A stretch of DNA of 63,742 bases, counting the filler, from Phoronis australis (lineage: Eukaryota > Animalia > Phoronida): NCBI GenBank assembly GCA_002633005.1. It is 9 parts of 9 records of this genome, joined end to end, with 100 filler letters (N's around TTAATTAATTAA, not from the genome) between each part and the next. Parts side by side here need not be neighbours in the genome. Positions count along the whole stretch, not along the records: positions 25,389 to 33,545 come from NMRA01000084.1; positions 33,646 to 42,751 come from NMRA01001846.1; 7 more parts are not named here. The stretch is one strand, 5' to 3'. Below are positions 26,901-40,300 of the stretch, in pieces. Under the pieces are notes generated by a model. The model was not told the origin of the DNA and ran no database searches. It saw only the letters and a list, made by a program, of their open reading frames with translations. Position 1 is the first letter of the stretch, and each line of letters opens with the position of its first letter. The translations under genes and the position numbers were made by a program.

Positions 26901-29355
26901 TTCCGGAATTCTACCGTTGGGCTCGATATTTTCTCACGCTTCATGCTGTTTCTGTGTAATTTTTGCTTGCACCAGTCATGGGGGGCCATGGGCCAGGTAC
27001 GCAATCATCACGTAGTAACAATTAACAATCGCCCGAAATACATTTTAGTTATAAATCCTACGTACAGTCACGATGCATTGAAATGTTTTTAGCAAAATGT
27101 TATTGTTCATGTTTACTATAGATTATACAACATAGTCGATGTTGACCGTACGCCGATCGGTGAGCCAGACTATTTTCATTCACTAAACGATAAGACATGA
27201 ATAGAACGTTTTCAGTTTGAAATGCACATAAATGAAATCCTGGGCAAAAAGTATATTAGATCATACTTGGGAGAGCATAGAAACCAAATAAAACGATAAC
27301 TTACTTCAGAAATGGGACTTCTTTGAGTCAATCGAGGTGTCGATGTGCTTTCGAAACCAGCCATCACTGTTTTGCTTTTGGGCGACCTTTCACCTCTCTG
27401 AGGTCATCAGGCTATTTCCAAATAAGGCACCGCAATGCATTTTGGGACTGTAATGTCGGAATTGACGAGCACCGGAAGGCGTGTCTTTTTGGTCAACTTT
27501 CAAACGTAAAGAGAAATACTCCAAACTCATCTAAAACTCACTATATTTACGAAACCTACAAAAAAAACTTGTACGCTTCGATATGATACAGGTTTCATGC
27601 AAGATGAGTAACATTTACTTTCTTATTTTATACTATTTTTCACGTTCCAAGCCACTTTAAGGCGCGCTGTCGATCATTTTATCCCCGTTTGCTGGCTGGT
27701 AACAGTACAGGCACTGCTCGAGTCGCACTGACGGCGTTTTCTCGGCCTGGGTTCCTGAATGAATTGTACTTCCGGGTTCGCGGCAAGTTCAAAATGGCGG
27801 TGTTTCTTCGGGTGCAAATCGTGATTGGCGCGTTCATTTAAACTGTTTTGGAGTACGGATCGTGTATTAGTTATGAGGTAGGTACTTCTTGGATCCTTAT
27901 AACATCTTCTAATCATGTAATAAGGGTTAACAACGCGTGAGAGAAAGACTTTAACAAGTCTTCAAATTCTACAGTAACGTCTTCAATTTATCGATAATAT
28001 CCGAAAGACCTGAAAAACTCATTGTGCACGGAATTTGTAGACGGCCAAGAGCCTCACCGCTATGTCGGTATTTAGCTGTGACGATACAGTTCAAACTTCC
28101 ACCGAGCCTCAAAAAGATGTTTTGCTGATCTTGCAAGGAATGTGTCCCACTATGGTCTGGCCTTTCAGAACAGACGCAGTGAGCTTGTCAACGAGATTGT
28201 ATTGTACTGTAGATATTTCCCGCCCTCAACAGGAATCCAAATTTCTTTGTACACGTGAAAACCTTGAATCGACTGAAGACTAATAAAAAAACTTGACCAG
28301 TGTTCAAAGCACCTGGCCAGGAAGCGCGCGCTACATACCTGTCATCAAAGACATTAGTCGGGAACTATTCATTCATGAAACGGTTAACATAGCATCGGCA
28401 AGAAATAAATATTGGTATTAATTTCCAACAGTTTCTAATACCATAAAAATTGCGTTATTATTAAGAGGAAAATTTGATTAATCATAACTGGTGTTTTTAA
28501 AACCAAATATCCGATAAAATGACCTCTGAAAGTGAATGCTTGCACACCTTTACACCGAAAAATAACTGTCAGACAGTCACGTACATGTATGCATCCAGCC
28601 ACACGGCGACAAAAATGGTCCTTTCCGAGACAATTGTCGTTTTGTAGCAGATGAGAGCGGCAAGTGCCGAATGAAATATCTTCTACTTTGCCGCTTGTGC
28701 TAATTTCTTTGGGTACAATGCACATCTAGGTCCTTAGATTGCGTGGCTGGCAAATGAAATCTGATGACACGCACGCGCTCGCTTACTCACACACGCAGAC
28801 GAACTTCAACACAAATGTCACCTGACATCAAGAGTGTTGTCCAGAGATTTTTTCGTGTTGCTGGGCAGGTCTACGATCATATAGATGGCACGATCTAGCA
28901 CAGGTTTGGACTTACCCTGCCCTATAGTCCCCACTCCAAAAATCTTAGGGACGCTACCTACAAAACTTACGGAGGATTTCAGGTAATTTGCTTGAGATGA
29001 AACTGTATTTTTATTCAAGCATTCAAGTGGCCATATCGACGATTTTGAGGCAATCAGTCGGCGAGTTTTCGCTCTGGAATTTCAGCATAGTTTTCTGTAA
29101 AATGAGATTAATTTAAAGCAAAGTTTGATAGCAATACACCACTATTTTGTAGAAAGTCTGTCATAAGTTACCGATACGTCACAGAGCGTAAATATGATGC
29201 AACTTAGCTTCCGATTTCACCCGTTTCCGAGACCGGGTTTTAATTGCCTGGTTGGAATAAGCACCCCCCCGAAATGAATTTTTCTAAGCGCCCTGGGCTG
29301 TTATTAAGGCGAATACGATGATCCCAAGTCATCTCAACATATCCAGCCCTGAGCT

Positions 29356-30170
29356 ATTCAACTAATTCAACTAATTCTACCAATTGTAGCGCCATCTGAA
29401 GTATTAATGGCATTGCGAGAAAGAACGACCTGAGAGTCACCGACTTGCCTGCAGGTAGCGCAGCGATTAGTGAAAATAGTTGAATTAGTTGAAATGCGTG
29501 TTTAGTGTCTCCAAATTTGTGAGCCTGTTGATGACATCATATACCTTTTCTACCAACCCACAGGTGGCGTATCGATTAGTGGGAATAATTATTTGAATTA
29601 GATATGAAATGCTTGTTCTGTGTCTCTCAAGATGTGAGCCTGGTAAGCCTTTTGTTGGAGCCATGTACTTCATCTGTCTGCCTGCAGGTGACGTAGCGAT
29701 TAGTGGGAATAGTTGAATTAGTTGAAATGTGTCTTTTGTGTCTCTCAAATTGTGAGCCCGTTGATGACGTCATGTTTGTTATCAGCCTGTCCCTGCAGGT
29801 GGAGCAGCGATTAGTGGGAAAAGTTGAATTAGCTGAAATGCGTGTTGGGGTCTCTAAAATTGTGTGACGTCATGTACTTTGTGTACCAGCCGGCAAGTGG
29901 TGTAACGATTAGTGGGAATAATGGAATTAGTTGAAATGCTTGTTCTGTGTCTCTCAAGTTGTGAGCCTGGTGAACCTTTTGCTTGGAGTCTCTAAAATTG
30001 TGAGCCTGTAGATGATGTCATGTACGTAATCTACCTGCCCACAAGTGGGGCAGCGATTAGTGGGAATAGTTGAATTAGTTGAAATGTTTGTTCTGTTTCT
30101 CTCAAGTTGTGAGCTTGGTGAGCCTTGTGCTAGGGTCATTTACGTTATCTACCTGCCTGCAGGTGGCGCA
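29356..30170. repeat. Degenerate tandem repeat (about 100-150 bp units), each unit carrying a CTCF-like motif
   Basis: The anchor GATTAGTGGGAATAGTTGAATTAGTTGAAATG recurs about six times, each preceded by a CCTGCAGGTGGCGC-like 14-mer. One inverted partial unit lies at 29356-29400. Confidence 0.8.
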
Positions 30171-32260
30171 GTGGATTTTAATGAAAATAATATTAATAAC
30201 ACCAATCATTCTTGCAGGTTAATGACAAATCAACTGTTAGTCCCGGTAGTCCCAAACTCACTACCAGGACCTAGATTTAATATTCTTGATCAACAAATTA
30301 AACCAGATGTGACTTGCACATGACACCAAAATGCGATGAGCCACAAGTTCAACTCGTCAAAAATACGAGCAGATGACCTGGCTCGTATAGAAAACAATTT
30401 TGTCAACAATTAACAAGAAAAAACGTAATCCCGAATTTTCCATGAACCTAATCGGTAGAGCACGTTTGCCGCAATTTGGTCATATCATAGACTATATTAC
30501 ATGTACATGTACCGCCAACTCCGTATACTTTCAATGGACAAAATCTGTGCTCTTACAGAAGCAATGACGTAATATTCACTAGCGACGCCTGTCCAAATTA
30601 TCTGGTGTTATTTCCGGCAAGTACGTCGTCTGCTAATCATGGTCGGCTGTTGTGTCGACACAATACACTAACCGGAACCTGGGACAGATAATTTGGGAGC
30701 CTGAGAGTGGCGCCTCCTCTAGGATGCTACGCAAGAAAATGTTGCGAATCTGTTGTCTATAATCTATGATCATATTTACTTTTGATGTTTCGAAACTAGT
30801 TTACCGAAAAAAATTATATCCTTTCGTCAGGCAACCCTTTGGTTCATTGACTTTGTTCTCTAATGTATTTTTCTACGTCTTTGTGGTTAATTATTGACGC
30901 ATTTTTATGATTTAATATCCAGGATGGACCCGAAAGACCAGCCATTTAGCTCACGCAATGGATTTTAATGTCGGTCGCGTAAATTAAAAGTATACATGTA
31001 CTTATCGTGCCCAAAGGGTATTTGTATCGGGCATTTTTCCCCAACTTCAACACAATCATTTCTTAGCGGCGCATAGCGATGATTTTGCAATTGAAAAACT
31101 CGGCATGAGGGCGCCGGCATTTTGCACACTTTCCAATAGTGAAACAATTGCTGATAGTTGAAGCCATTATCTGGCCCGATGTTCTCCTGATTGTCCCTCA
31201 GCAGTTGTCGGACATAGTTAGCCATTCTTCGGTCGGAAACTCGTCGGAAGCTTTTTGCCGCTCGATAAAAAATGCATGGACCAGATTTCCTAATATGGCG
31301 CGTGACTTTCGATTGCTGACGGCGCTCCACTTAGTGGACTCTCTCAATAATCTCGCTATCTTCCTCTGCTTCATATAGAAGCCTCCAGCCGAGCGTATTC
31401 ACTCCTTAATTGGCTAACGTGTGCTATCTACGGGCCTGAGATTATTTCAACGGTAGTTTATACGTGGGGCTGAGATTGGTGATGGATTACAGCTGACCGC
31501 CGTGTTCTACGAAGAGAAAAGTTTGCCTATAGCTGTTCCTACTAGGACAATAATGAATTACTCCCAGTGTTCTAATAAGTCACATTTTCGGACGATTTCT
31601 AAGTTACATAGTTTGCAACCCCTGATTTCATAATAATGTGCTTCACAAAGCGCGAGAAGCAGCTTCACTGCATGCAAGCAGCGATGCGTTATGAGCCAGG
31701 TTGCCTCGCACAGTACACATAGCACCATAGCCTAGGAAGCAACTAGCATATCACTAAGCCAGACGACACCTATTACGACATCAGCAAGGACGACGGTTTT
31801 CCTAAGACTGAAGTTGCAAGTTCCCTTTATCTCGCATGTGCAGGTCTTTTGTGTAGCCCATCAATAGCTCCACCGCTTATGATCCCGAGCTGTTACCTAT
31901 AACATGTACATATGGAAAGCCAAGGGGGGGGGGATTCCAAGACATACTTTCTATTCTAAATTTTAAACAGTTCAAGCTATTATTTGCACACTGACCCAAA
32001 ATTTATCACGTCAGGACAGAAAATTTATGACTTCAGGACCTATAAACTGTGGTTTTGAGTTGTTGTTTTTTCGGTCCTGCTCAGATTTTCATTCAAAAAT
32101 CGAAAATACCTATCATGGAGTTTTGTCATCATTTGGCTTTTCATAGTTTGGACAGTGGAATTGGCAAACCGATCAGGTCTGTCACACCCATTTTTGTGTT
32201 GCGGTGAAGGAGAACTTTGTGAACGATTAAATTGTCGTTTTTCTGAGAAGGTTGTCCAAA

Positions 32261-32329
32261 ATGATGCCATTGTGTGCAAAATGTAAGAAGGCCGTTTACC
32301 CAACTGAAAAGCTTAATTGTCTGGATGCC
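32261..32329 (+). CDS. LASP1: LIM and SH3 domain protein (LASP family), first coding exon
   Basis: MMPLCAKCKKAVYPTEKLNCLDA resembles LASP1 [23 protein letters not shown]. 69-nt exon with a GTAAGT donor. Confidence 0.82.
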
Positions 32330-33950
32330 GTAAGTAAATCTTGAGATGTTTATTCGGTGCTTTAAGTTTGTACACAGATTATTTATGGGTTCGGTCGGTA
32401 TTGTGCAGTGAGTTCATGTCGATCAAGCAGTCTTTTCAACAAAATGTTGCTTAAAGGGGAACTGTATTTTATTCTGAACAAATTTTGGATAGTTTTCAAT
32501 GAATTGTTGATTAATTTCACAAATAATTCAACAACAAAAAGTAAACTTTTATTCTCTAACGAAGCTCAAAAATTTACCGGCTTGGAGCGCTGCTGATCTC
32601 GTGACGTATTTGGTGGGGGCAAAGTCACTGTCCTGTGTTAGCGTGCAGTCAAGTTGCGACTATAGCTGTATGAAAACTATCGTACCACTGTGTGTTGAGC
32701 TCCGTTAACCTCGAAATTTCAGACAGCCGTTGACCCCGGGTATAGTTGACTTTGACTTATGCTCGTCACCTAGTGGTAAAACTTAGGCTACATCAACATA
32801 TAAAGCTAACGGACCGGCAGGGGCGCATGCAAAATCTGGTAGCCACCCGACACTCACATTGTTCGTTGCAGCCGTTTAAGTGGAAAACAATCAACTAAAC
32901 GTCATCTGGTAGCATAATTTGCCACCTTTAGTAACAAAGAAGTGTCGTCCGCTTCAAAAACAGCACGCTCGTGACACGGCGCACGCGCCATTTCCTAAAA
33001 TTCAAGACGTCTTTCGGGACATTATGACAGCTTCGCAGCACCAAGATTGCTCTGAAATTCGGTTTGCTGGTATAAAAATACTAAAAAGTTGTAGCAAAAT
33101 GAAACAAGTTCCGATAGTTTGTTGTAACATGTATGCAACCTAGGTAACGGCAGCGACGAGCACTTAATAAAAAATCGGGGGGAAAAGAAACTGGTAAAGG
33201 TCAGGTGACGTAATCGCAAAAAGCCGACTCAAGAGAACACATCATAATTTTAGCAGCAGCCGATGAACGGTCGCTAACTTTTCCAACATCGGTAAATACT
33301 GAAGTTAGTTTACTGTAGGAATCTGGTTAATAGGTTTACTCAAGGATGAGATTAATTTTAATGGTATTAATTTTGAGTCAGATTTCATTTGTCCATTTTT
33401 ACCCATATCAGCTCAAACCTCTAGGCCTATATTTAGTATGCAGCTTTGGGCCAAGGCTTGGGTAACCCGGCGATGGTATGCGATGACCATCCCTTTAGAA
33501 GACACCTTTTTCGAAGAGTTTGAGCAACCAGATGCCATACAAAAANNNNNNNNNNNNNNNNNNNNNNNNNNNNNNNNNNNNNNNNNNNNTTAATTAATTA
33601 ANNNNNNNNNNNNNNNNNNNNNNNNNNNNNNNNNNNNNNNNNNNNAGAACTTGTCTGTATGAGTTCCATGGTAATGCGTCGCTGTGACAACGTGTTTCAT
33701 GTTGGACGACCAGCCGCGGGCACTTAAGGTGAATACCCTATGTGTTTTAGCAGACTGTACATAGTTTCTGCACTCGTTGGGTCTCAGGATTGTATGTCAG
33801 GATTGTATGTCAGTTGATTTCATTGTTCTCCACGTGTTTGACTTGTCACTGCATGGAGTTTGAATTTTGCTGTGACTAATATGGCTTACTTGCGTCAAGT
33901 TTGAGTATTGGGAGATTAGTAATTTTTTACGTACATTGAGATAATGGGAT

Positions 33951-34030
33951 ATTTTGGACTTGTGGTACCATTTTGGACTTGTGGTACCATTTTGGACTTG
34001 TGGTACCATTTTGGACTTGTGGTACCATTT
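33951..34030. repeat. Minisatellite, 19-bp unit ATTTTGGACTTGTGGTACC x4
   Basis: Perfect direct tandem copies with no spacers. Confidence 0.92.
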
Positions 34031-34523
34031 CACTGCAAACACATACTACATACAGTGTGGACATGGACTTCTGAACATGTTCATGAATTTTGTATTTCCA
34101 GTCAAGTTTGAATTTTGTTCTGTGGAGTGCATTGGATCGTTCCTTGGAGCAGTTTCAAATTACAGGGTGGCCTAATTACTTGTGCGACTGTCTAACAGCT
34201 ATTAATATTGAGAAAGTGGGGGGTCATTTCATGCACCTTTTTTAATTTTGCCGGCCTTTTAATTTTGGCTGTCCTATCAAACCTGTCCAAAACAACATTC
34301 TGGTCGTCTTTTGGACGGCTAAGGCGACTGCTGCATAAACCCATGCCTAAAAAAATTGAGCTGGGATACCCCTTTGTCCTGGGTTGTGGCAGGGTACGCT
34401 GACCAACGTTGGCATTTTGATGAGCAAAATACTTAGGTCCAAATACGTTGACATTTACTTTACCTTGCTTTTTTTCAGCCACTGCTGAAATGCAAGCGCG
34501 TCCCAATCTCAGAATAACTTTTT

Positions 34524-34820
34524 CAGGGCCCTCAATCCCTTGATTTTGAAGCCGAATATGGACTCCATTCCCCTTCAAAAGATATTGAAAAATTTAGCAA
34601 AATTCCCCTCATGAGGCCCAAAAGTTCCCCTCAAGTGATTGAAAAATTCCACTCGAGGTTTCAGTTCTTTTGTAACTCTCGCAGGTCACAAAAATGTTAC
34701 TTGAGGAAGTTTGGGGGGGGGCTATTGATGGTGATTGGGAAGTAGAATTTTCCCCTTAACCCAAAAAATTCCCTCTCGGAAGGCACAAGCACCTTTCTTC
34801 GTGGATAATTGAGGGCCCTG
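34524..34820. mobile_element. hAT-like MITE with 13-bp TIR CAGGGCCCTCAAT
   Basis: CAGGGCCCTCAAT...ATTGAGGGCCCTG. Related copy at 1-634 and a more diverged relative at about 44957-45118. Confidence 0.7.
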
Positions 34821-35278
34821 TTTTACACTTGGCAATGCGGCGTTTAGCGAGTTGATTAGGTGTGATGGATAATGCATTTTGATTTGAAAATAAATAACAA
34901 ACTGGCTCTTCCTGGCATTGTCCTCGCCTTTACTCCTTGAAATAAAAACCTCGTAGTATTAAGTCTCAATTATTATGTGACACGACAAATTATAAACTGA
35001 AAATTGGCAAAGTTAGTAATGAATTGACCTAGCGCAAGCTCCTCCCCCTTGCGTAATGTCAACTAACAAACAATAAGTTTTACCCGGCAAAGTGTTGTTT
35101 GTCTGGTAAAATGGTGGCTTAGAAGCAAAAGTTTGTCAAGGATGCTGCGTTCTAAATAGCCAGTTAAGCCGTCACTCAAAATCCTGGCGATAGGTCAATT
35201 GGGAGAGATGATGGATCTATTGAAGGTGTGTCAGTTGTGTGTGCCACCTGTTAAACTGTTTGGTGTTTTTTTTTTCAG

Positions 35279-35317
35279 TCTGACGACGAAAGTGGTGAAG
35301 AAGTTATGCCTCAGAAA
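35279..35317 (+). CDS. Nucleolin-like protein, N-terminal acidic exon
   Basis: SDDESGEEVMPQK (compare nucleolin SSGEEVVIPQK). Polypyrimidine-CAG acceptor, GTGAGT donor, phase 0-0. Confidence 0.6.
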
Positions 35318-35908
35318 GTGAGTGTTATATCATAAGTGCATTCCACATTTGGCTGTTACTCTGACATACAAACAGTTATCCCATGTGATTTACATCTTGT
35401 ATTGGTGAAGATAAGTGTGAATGTCTGACATACAAACAGTTGCCTCGTGACTATTACTGAGTGACTGCAGTATTTGTAAAAATTACTCTCTGCATGGTTA
35501 CTTGTGGGGAAGCCATTATCTTTCACTTGTTTTGCAAGAAAAAGTAATTCTCTACTGAAGGGATGAATGAAATTCTTAGTATACCGATATGTAGTCTCAT
35601 TAAATTGTGAATATGCAAATAAAGTACTAGTTTACAAACAACCCCGGTCCTCCATTGTGCCTGAAACCGTCTGAGAACCAGTTAAAATGACAATCTTGCG
35701 AAAGTCTCGTTTTGCGAGACTATGTTTGTGTCAATGAGTATGGTAACATTTCATCATTACCTTAATGAAACAAGCCCAGTTTCTATGTGCCCACATATTA
35801 GTATGTGGATGCATTATGCCGTCATCCCAGTCCGGCATCTGGCATCCGCTGCTCTTATGTTCAAGAAGTTTTGCATGTTTTCCTTTCATGGAATAGACAT
35901 GAGCAATT

Positions 35909-37260
35909 TTTCAGACGGTTCCGACCACCGTTGTGCCCCCTAGTGGCAATTATAGTTCTTCACATTTACCTTCAAATGTCCAGTTTTTCAAAAAATGTGT
36001 CCTTCCGTTTTCAGATGGATTTCGGGTATTTTGTGCCACTTAGTGGCCTTTTTTTGCTGTTTCTGTGTCTGTGTTTCCCGTCCACCTTCCATCAACCAAA
36101 TCATCCTAAGGATGAACTTGAAAATAAGCGTATTTGTTCTCAGTGTGAAGAGGACTGTTGAAGACTGTGGCACCTCCTAGTGGCAGTTTTGTTTTGCGCC
36201 CATAGCTGTATCTCCTAAACCCACTGCAGATTCTTTATTAACTTTAATAAATGTATTATATGAAGTGAGCATCAGATGAGTTTCAGATGGATCCAACGAA
36301 CGCTGTGCCCCCTAGTGGCAATTTCATTTTTTTTCCGTTTCCTTTATTTCTCTGAAGCTCCTTGACAAATTTTTATGAAATTTGTTAAATATTGACAGTA
36401 TTGGGTCATTTTTAGAGCATGCTTGTGTGAGCTTGTTCAACCCTATCTCATTATTCACACGTTAAATATTTACAAGTCACTGTTTGATACAGAATAGGAT
36501 TTCCTCCCGGGGAACACTTCCACTTTGTTCAAAATTCCCTGTATTGAGTATCTGTATTATGTACCATGAATGAAAGACTTTGAATTTTGGTGTGATGAAT
36601 TAGTGTGGCCTGTGTCAAATATGAGATTCATTGCAGCAACTTACCCGTACTTGCATCTCAAGACTACTGTTTGCACGAGGATTTTCTAAACAATGGTCGT
36701 AGATTGTGTAATTCACATCGAGTTAAAAAATTTTCACTTAAGCATTATCAGATTATAACTTTGTCGTTTTAGAAAATTGTTGGTGTTGTTAAACCTGGTG
36801 AGGATGAAGAGGAAGACGATGACGACGACGATGATGATGACAGTGAGGAAGATGATAGCGATGGTAAGTGTTATGATTTGACTGTGTGAGAGCATATCTG
36901 TTCTAGCTGCAACGTAAAGTTTAATTAAAGTATGTCTGCTTGAACAGCCCATAATTTGACTCTATATACATTACTCCTAGTGGCCATTTTGTTCTCTAGA
37001 GGTTTTAATGAGTTGCTTTAGGGAAGAGTATTTCTGAAGGATATCTAAAAGAGACGACTGATGAATGTCTAGTAAGCTTGACACAGACACGATGTCAATT
37101 GCCGAACCTTTCGTTTTTAGTGGTTATTTGTCCACTGTTACATGGTGAGAAGGGGCTTTCCAAGTGTTGTGTTGTGGGGGAAGAGGGCTTCTGAATGGTG
37201 TCTAGAGTACCGATTGACACATTTTGGACAGTTTGACTACTGCAGTGCCCCCTAGTGTCA
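35909..37260 (+). promoter_or_regulatory. Cluster of co-oriented CTCF-like motifs (TGCCCCCTAGTGGC)
   Basis: Copies at about 35932, 36032, 36169, 36304, 36973 and 37244. Three are preceded by TTTCAGAYGG at a fixed 13-nt distance. Confidence 0.55.
36773..36863 (+). CDS. Nucleolin-like protein, acidic-tract exon
   Basis: KIVGVVKPGEDEEEDDDDDDDDDSEEDDSD. TTTTAG acceptor, GTAAGT donor, phase 0-1. Confidence 0.65.
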
Positions 37261-37399
37261 GTTTCCTTTTTTCGCATCTGCATCTGTTTCTTCCTGCGGG
37301 ATCTTTGTGAAATAGGGAACTTTTCATATTAGCGCTCTCTAGAGTATTGAGAGCATGAAAGTGACTTCTGATTGATTAAAAGCAGAGGAATTTGTTTAA

Positions 37400-40300
37400 G
37401 GTGGGACGCGGCAAGCCAAAATCGCATTTTGGGAGTAAATATGACTTTCTCTGTTCTTGTCATTTTCTGTTAGTTTAATCATTCTAGAATGCTATTAAAT
37501 GAATGAAATAAACTGTGAAACCCTGCAAATGTATTATTTTCTCTTATTTGTCACACACGGTTACCAAAACTTGACTAAAGTTGTCGAAATAGAACTCAAA
37601 ATTTCACAAAAATGTCGATTCGCTCACCGGCAGCTGACTTCGCCGGCCATATTGTATTATACATCAATCGAAAGGTCATAACCTTGGCTTCCTGGAAATG
37701 TCCGCCATATAAGGATTAGTCTACCTGTTTTGGAACAACTATGAATGAAAGCAGAAGCGTTTCGACACATTTCATTGGACGACGAGTATTCATAAGGAGT
37801 GACGTCATTACTACGCTTTCTCATTGGCTTGTTTAGATCACGTGATATAATCGGCTGTTTCCGTGCTTAGCTACCAGCATAGCAACACCCGCCATATTGT
37901 GAGAGTTTTCATTGAGATTGTAACATATTTCCGATTATTTCGAGTGTTTTTAATCATTTTTACGATGCCAAAAAGTTGTGGAACAAAATTTAGAACTGTA
38001 CATGCCTTTGGAAGGAAAAAGCGTAAAGCAAATAGGAAATCAGGCGGATCTGTGGACCTGGAAACGGTGCCGCTCTCTGACCCATCACCGGCTTCGGCAA
38101 CGAGTTCCGCAGCGACGAACGAGTCTCGGCCTTCAACATCCAAAAGAAAGCTGAATTACTTTGACAATGACGTACCTGTGTACAAATCTACTTTATCGGA
38201 ACAGTCAGTGAAGAAGAAGAAATCAACCAACGTAGTTGCCGATCTTGAGTGTCTGAGTGAAATAGTGAACCGAGCATCGTGTCCAGAATGCAACACCACA
38301 AACACGGTAAGTTCAGCGTGTTTGTTTACACGCAAGACCGCGTTAGCAGTAGTAGTAGTAAAAGCTGTACTTGTTGTAAGGCTCTTGCAGTATTTTTAGC
38401 CTACTTATCCAATCACCTTTTATCTTTAATTGTCTTGGTAAATGAGTCTGGCTGTAAACAATTTTCAGTGCCACCAAAGGTCAAATGATTTACTTGTTAA
38501 ATATGAAAGATAATTGAAATATTTCACGGTTCCTTGCTGTGGTTATTTAGTCGGACCATACAGTCAGTGATTACACATGTATACAAAATCCTGTGTTTGC
38601 TACAGCTTAGAGTATAATACAACAGGCAACTGTTAACATGAATACAAAAACAAAAAATTATCTCCTGGCAAATACCATACATATATGTTGAAAACAAAAA
38701 GCGATTGTTTGAAAATAACAATCTTGAACAATAACTGAGAACAGGACATAAAGTCATGTACACCATTAAAAATATAAAACATTGAAATTACTTTTAAATT
38801 AATATTTTATTTTAAATTATCCATAGTAAAAAGTAATTTTGTTTTCAGTTGGAGTTTGACGAAGATCCTGGCCAAAGAATGGGCACTGCGTGTCATCTTG
38901 TGTTGATGTGCTCAAAATGTGGCATAATTTCATCAGGGAAGACATCGTCAAAGATCGGCAGTGCATATGAAGTCAACCGTAGGGTCGTTACTGCTGCCTC
39001 CAGTGCTGGAATTGGGTTTACCCAGGTTGAACGTTTTTTTGCATTGATGAATATGCCGCCACCCATGCATCACAAGACATGGCAAAATCACAAAGTGGGT
39101 CTTCATGAAGGGGCCACTCGGGCTGCAGATAGCCACTTGCAAGATGCTGCCAAGACTGTTCGTGACACATATATTGAACTCGGACTTGGTGAGCCTGATG
39201 ACAACGGCACCTGGAATATTACTGTAAGTTTTGATGGCTCCTGGCAGAAACGCGGAAGAACATCACACAATTGCATTGCAGTGATTGTAGAGGTCTATAC
39301 CGGACTTATCATCGATTATGTCACTCTCAGCAACTACTGTCAAGCTTGTGAGATTGGTCCTCAGCCAGACAGTCCTGGCTACGATGAGTGGTTTGCTGAG
39401 CATGAACCAAAGTGCCAGAGGGATGTGGACTGCAGCTCCGCAGCAATGGAACCCGAGGCTGCAGTGATGATGTTTCGTCGATCACTTGACTTACACAATT
39501 TCAAGTATTCTACTGTGCTTAGTGATGGCGACGCTAAAACCTATGCTGCCATTCAGCAAGCAGATATATACCCAGTGGAAAAAGCTGATTGCACCAATCA
39601 TGTGTGTAAGCGAATGGGCACAGCATTGAGAAACTTGGTAGAGCAGAAGAAGGCCCGTGGCGAGTCTATTAGCGGTCGTGGCAAACTGACCGAGAAGACT
39701 ATCAAGAAATTAACAAACTATTATGGGAGAGCAATAAAAGACAATCCAGGTGACCTGGAAAAAATGGAGCAGGCTGTTTGGGCTTCCTTTTTCCACACAA
39801 TATCAACTGATGACGATCCTCACCATGCCAGATGTCCAAGGGGCGAAGATTCCTGGTGCTTTTACAACAGAGCACGGGCTATGAATGAGGTTCCGCGGCC
39901 TCACTCTGGAACCTTGCCACGTGAGATAGGGCTGCAGCTTGTGCCTATATATCAGAGATTAGGAGATCAGCAACTGCTTAGGAGATGTCTAAGTGGAAAG
40001 ACCTCAAATGCCAATGAGGCATTTCATTCAACAGTATGGCGAGTTTGCCCTAAGGAGCGCTGGTCGTCTCGCAGATCAGTTGACACCGCCCTTGCCATCT
40101 GCATTCAGCGATTCAATAAGGGGTCATCAGCCATGCTTGATGTACTTGCTGAGCTTGATGTTGTGGCTGGAAATTACGCAGTCAGATATAGTGAAGCCAG
40201 CGATGTTGCTCGGGTCTCAAAATCAAATCGCAAATGCACCAACAAAGCGCAAGCTCGTCGTGAAGCTGTGGAACGTGGTCGTCTGAGAGAACGCCAGGAG

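Noticed and set aside
30965-31378. Overlapping 121-aa and 79-aa ORFs upstream of LASP
   Set aside because: No motif or convincing splice structure, so a coding call cannot be supported.
33951-34030. Short regular repeats as a CRISPR array (also 60723-60864)
   Set aside because: Contiguous tandem units without unique spacers, in a eukaryotic context with no cas genes.
37863-37964. GTG-initiated N-terminal extension of the transposase exon-1 ORF and its read-through tail to 38399
   Set aside because: In a eukaryotic context the ATG at 37965 and the donor at 38307 explain the gene. The extensions are ORF-caller artefacts.
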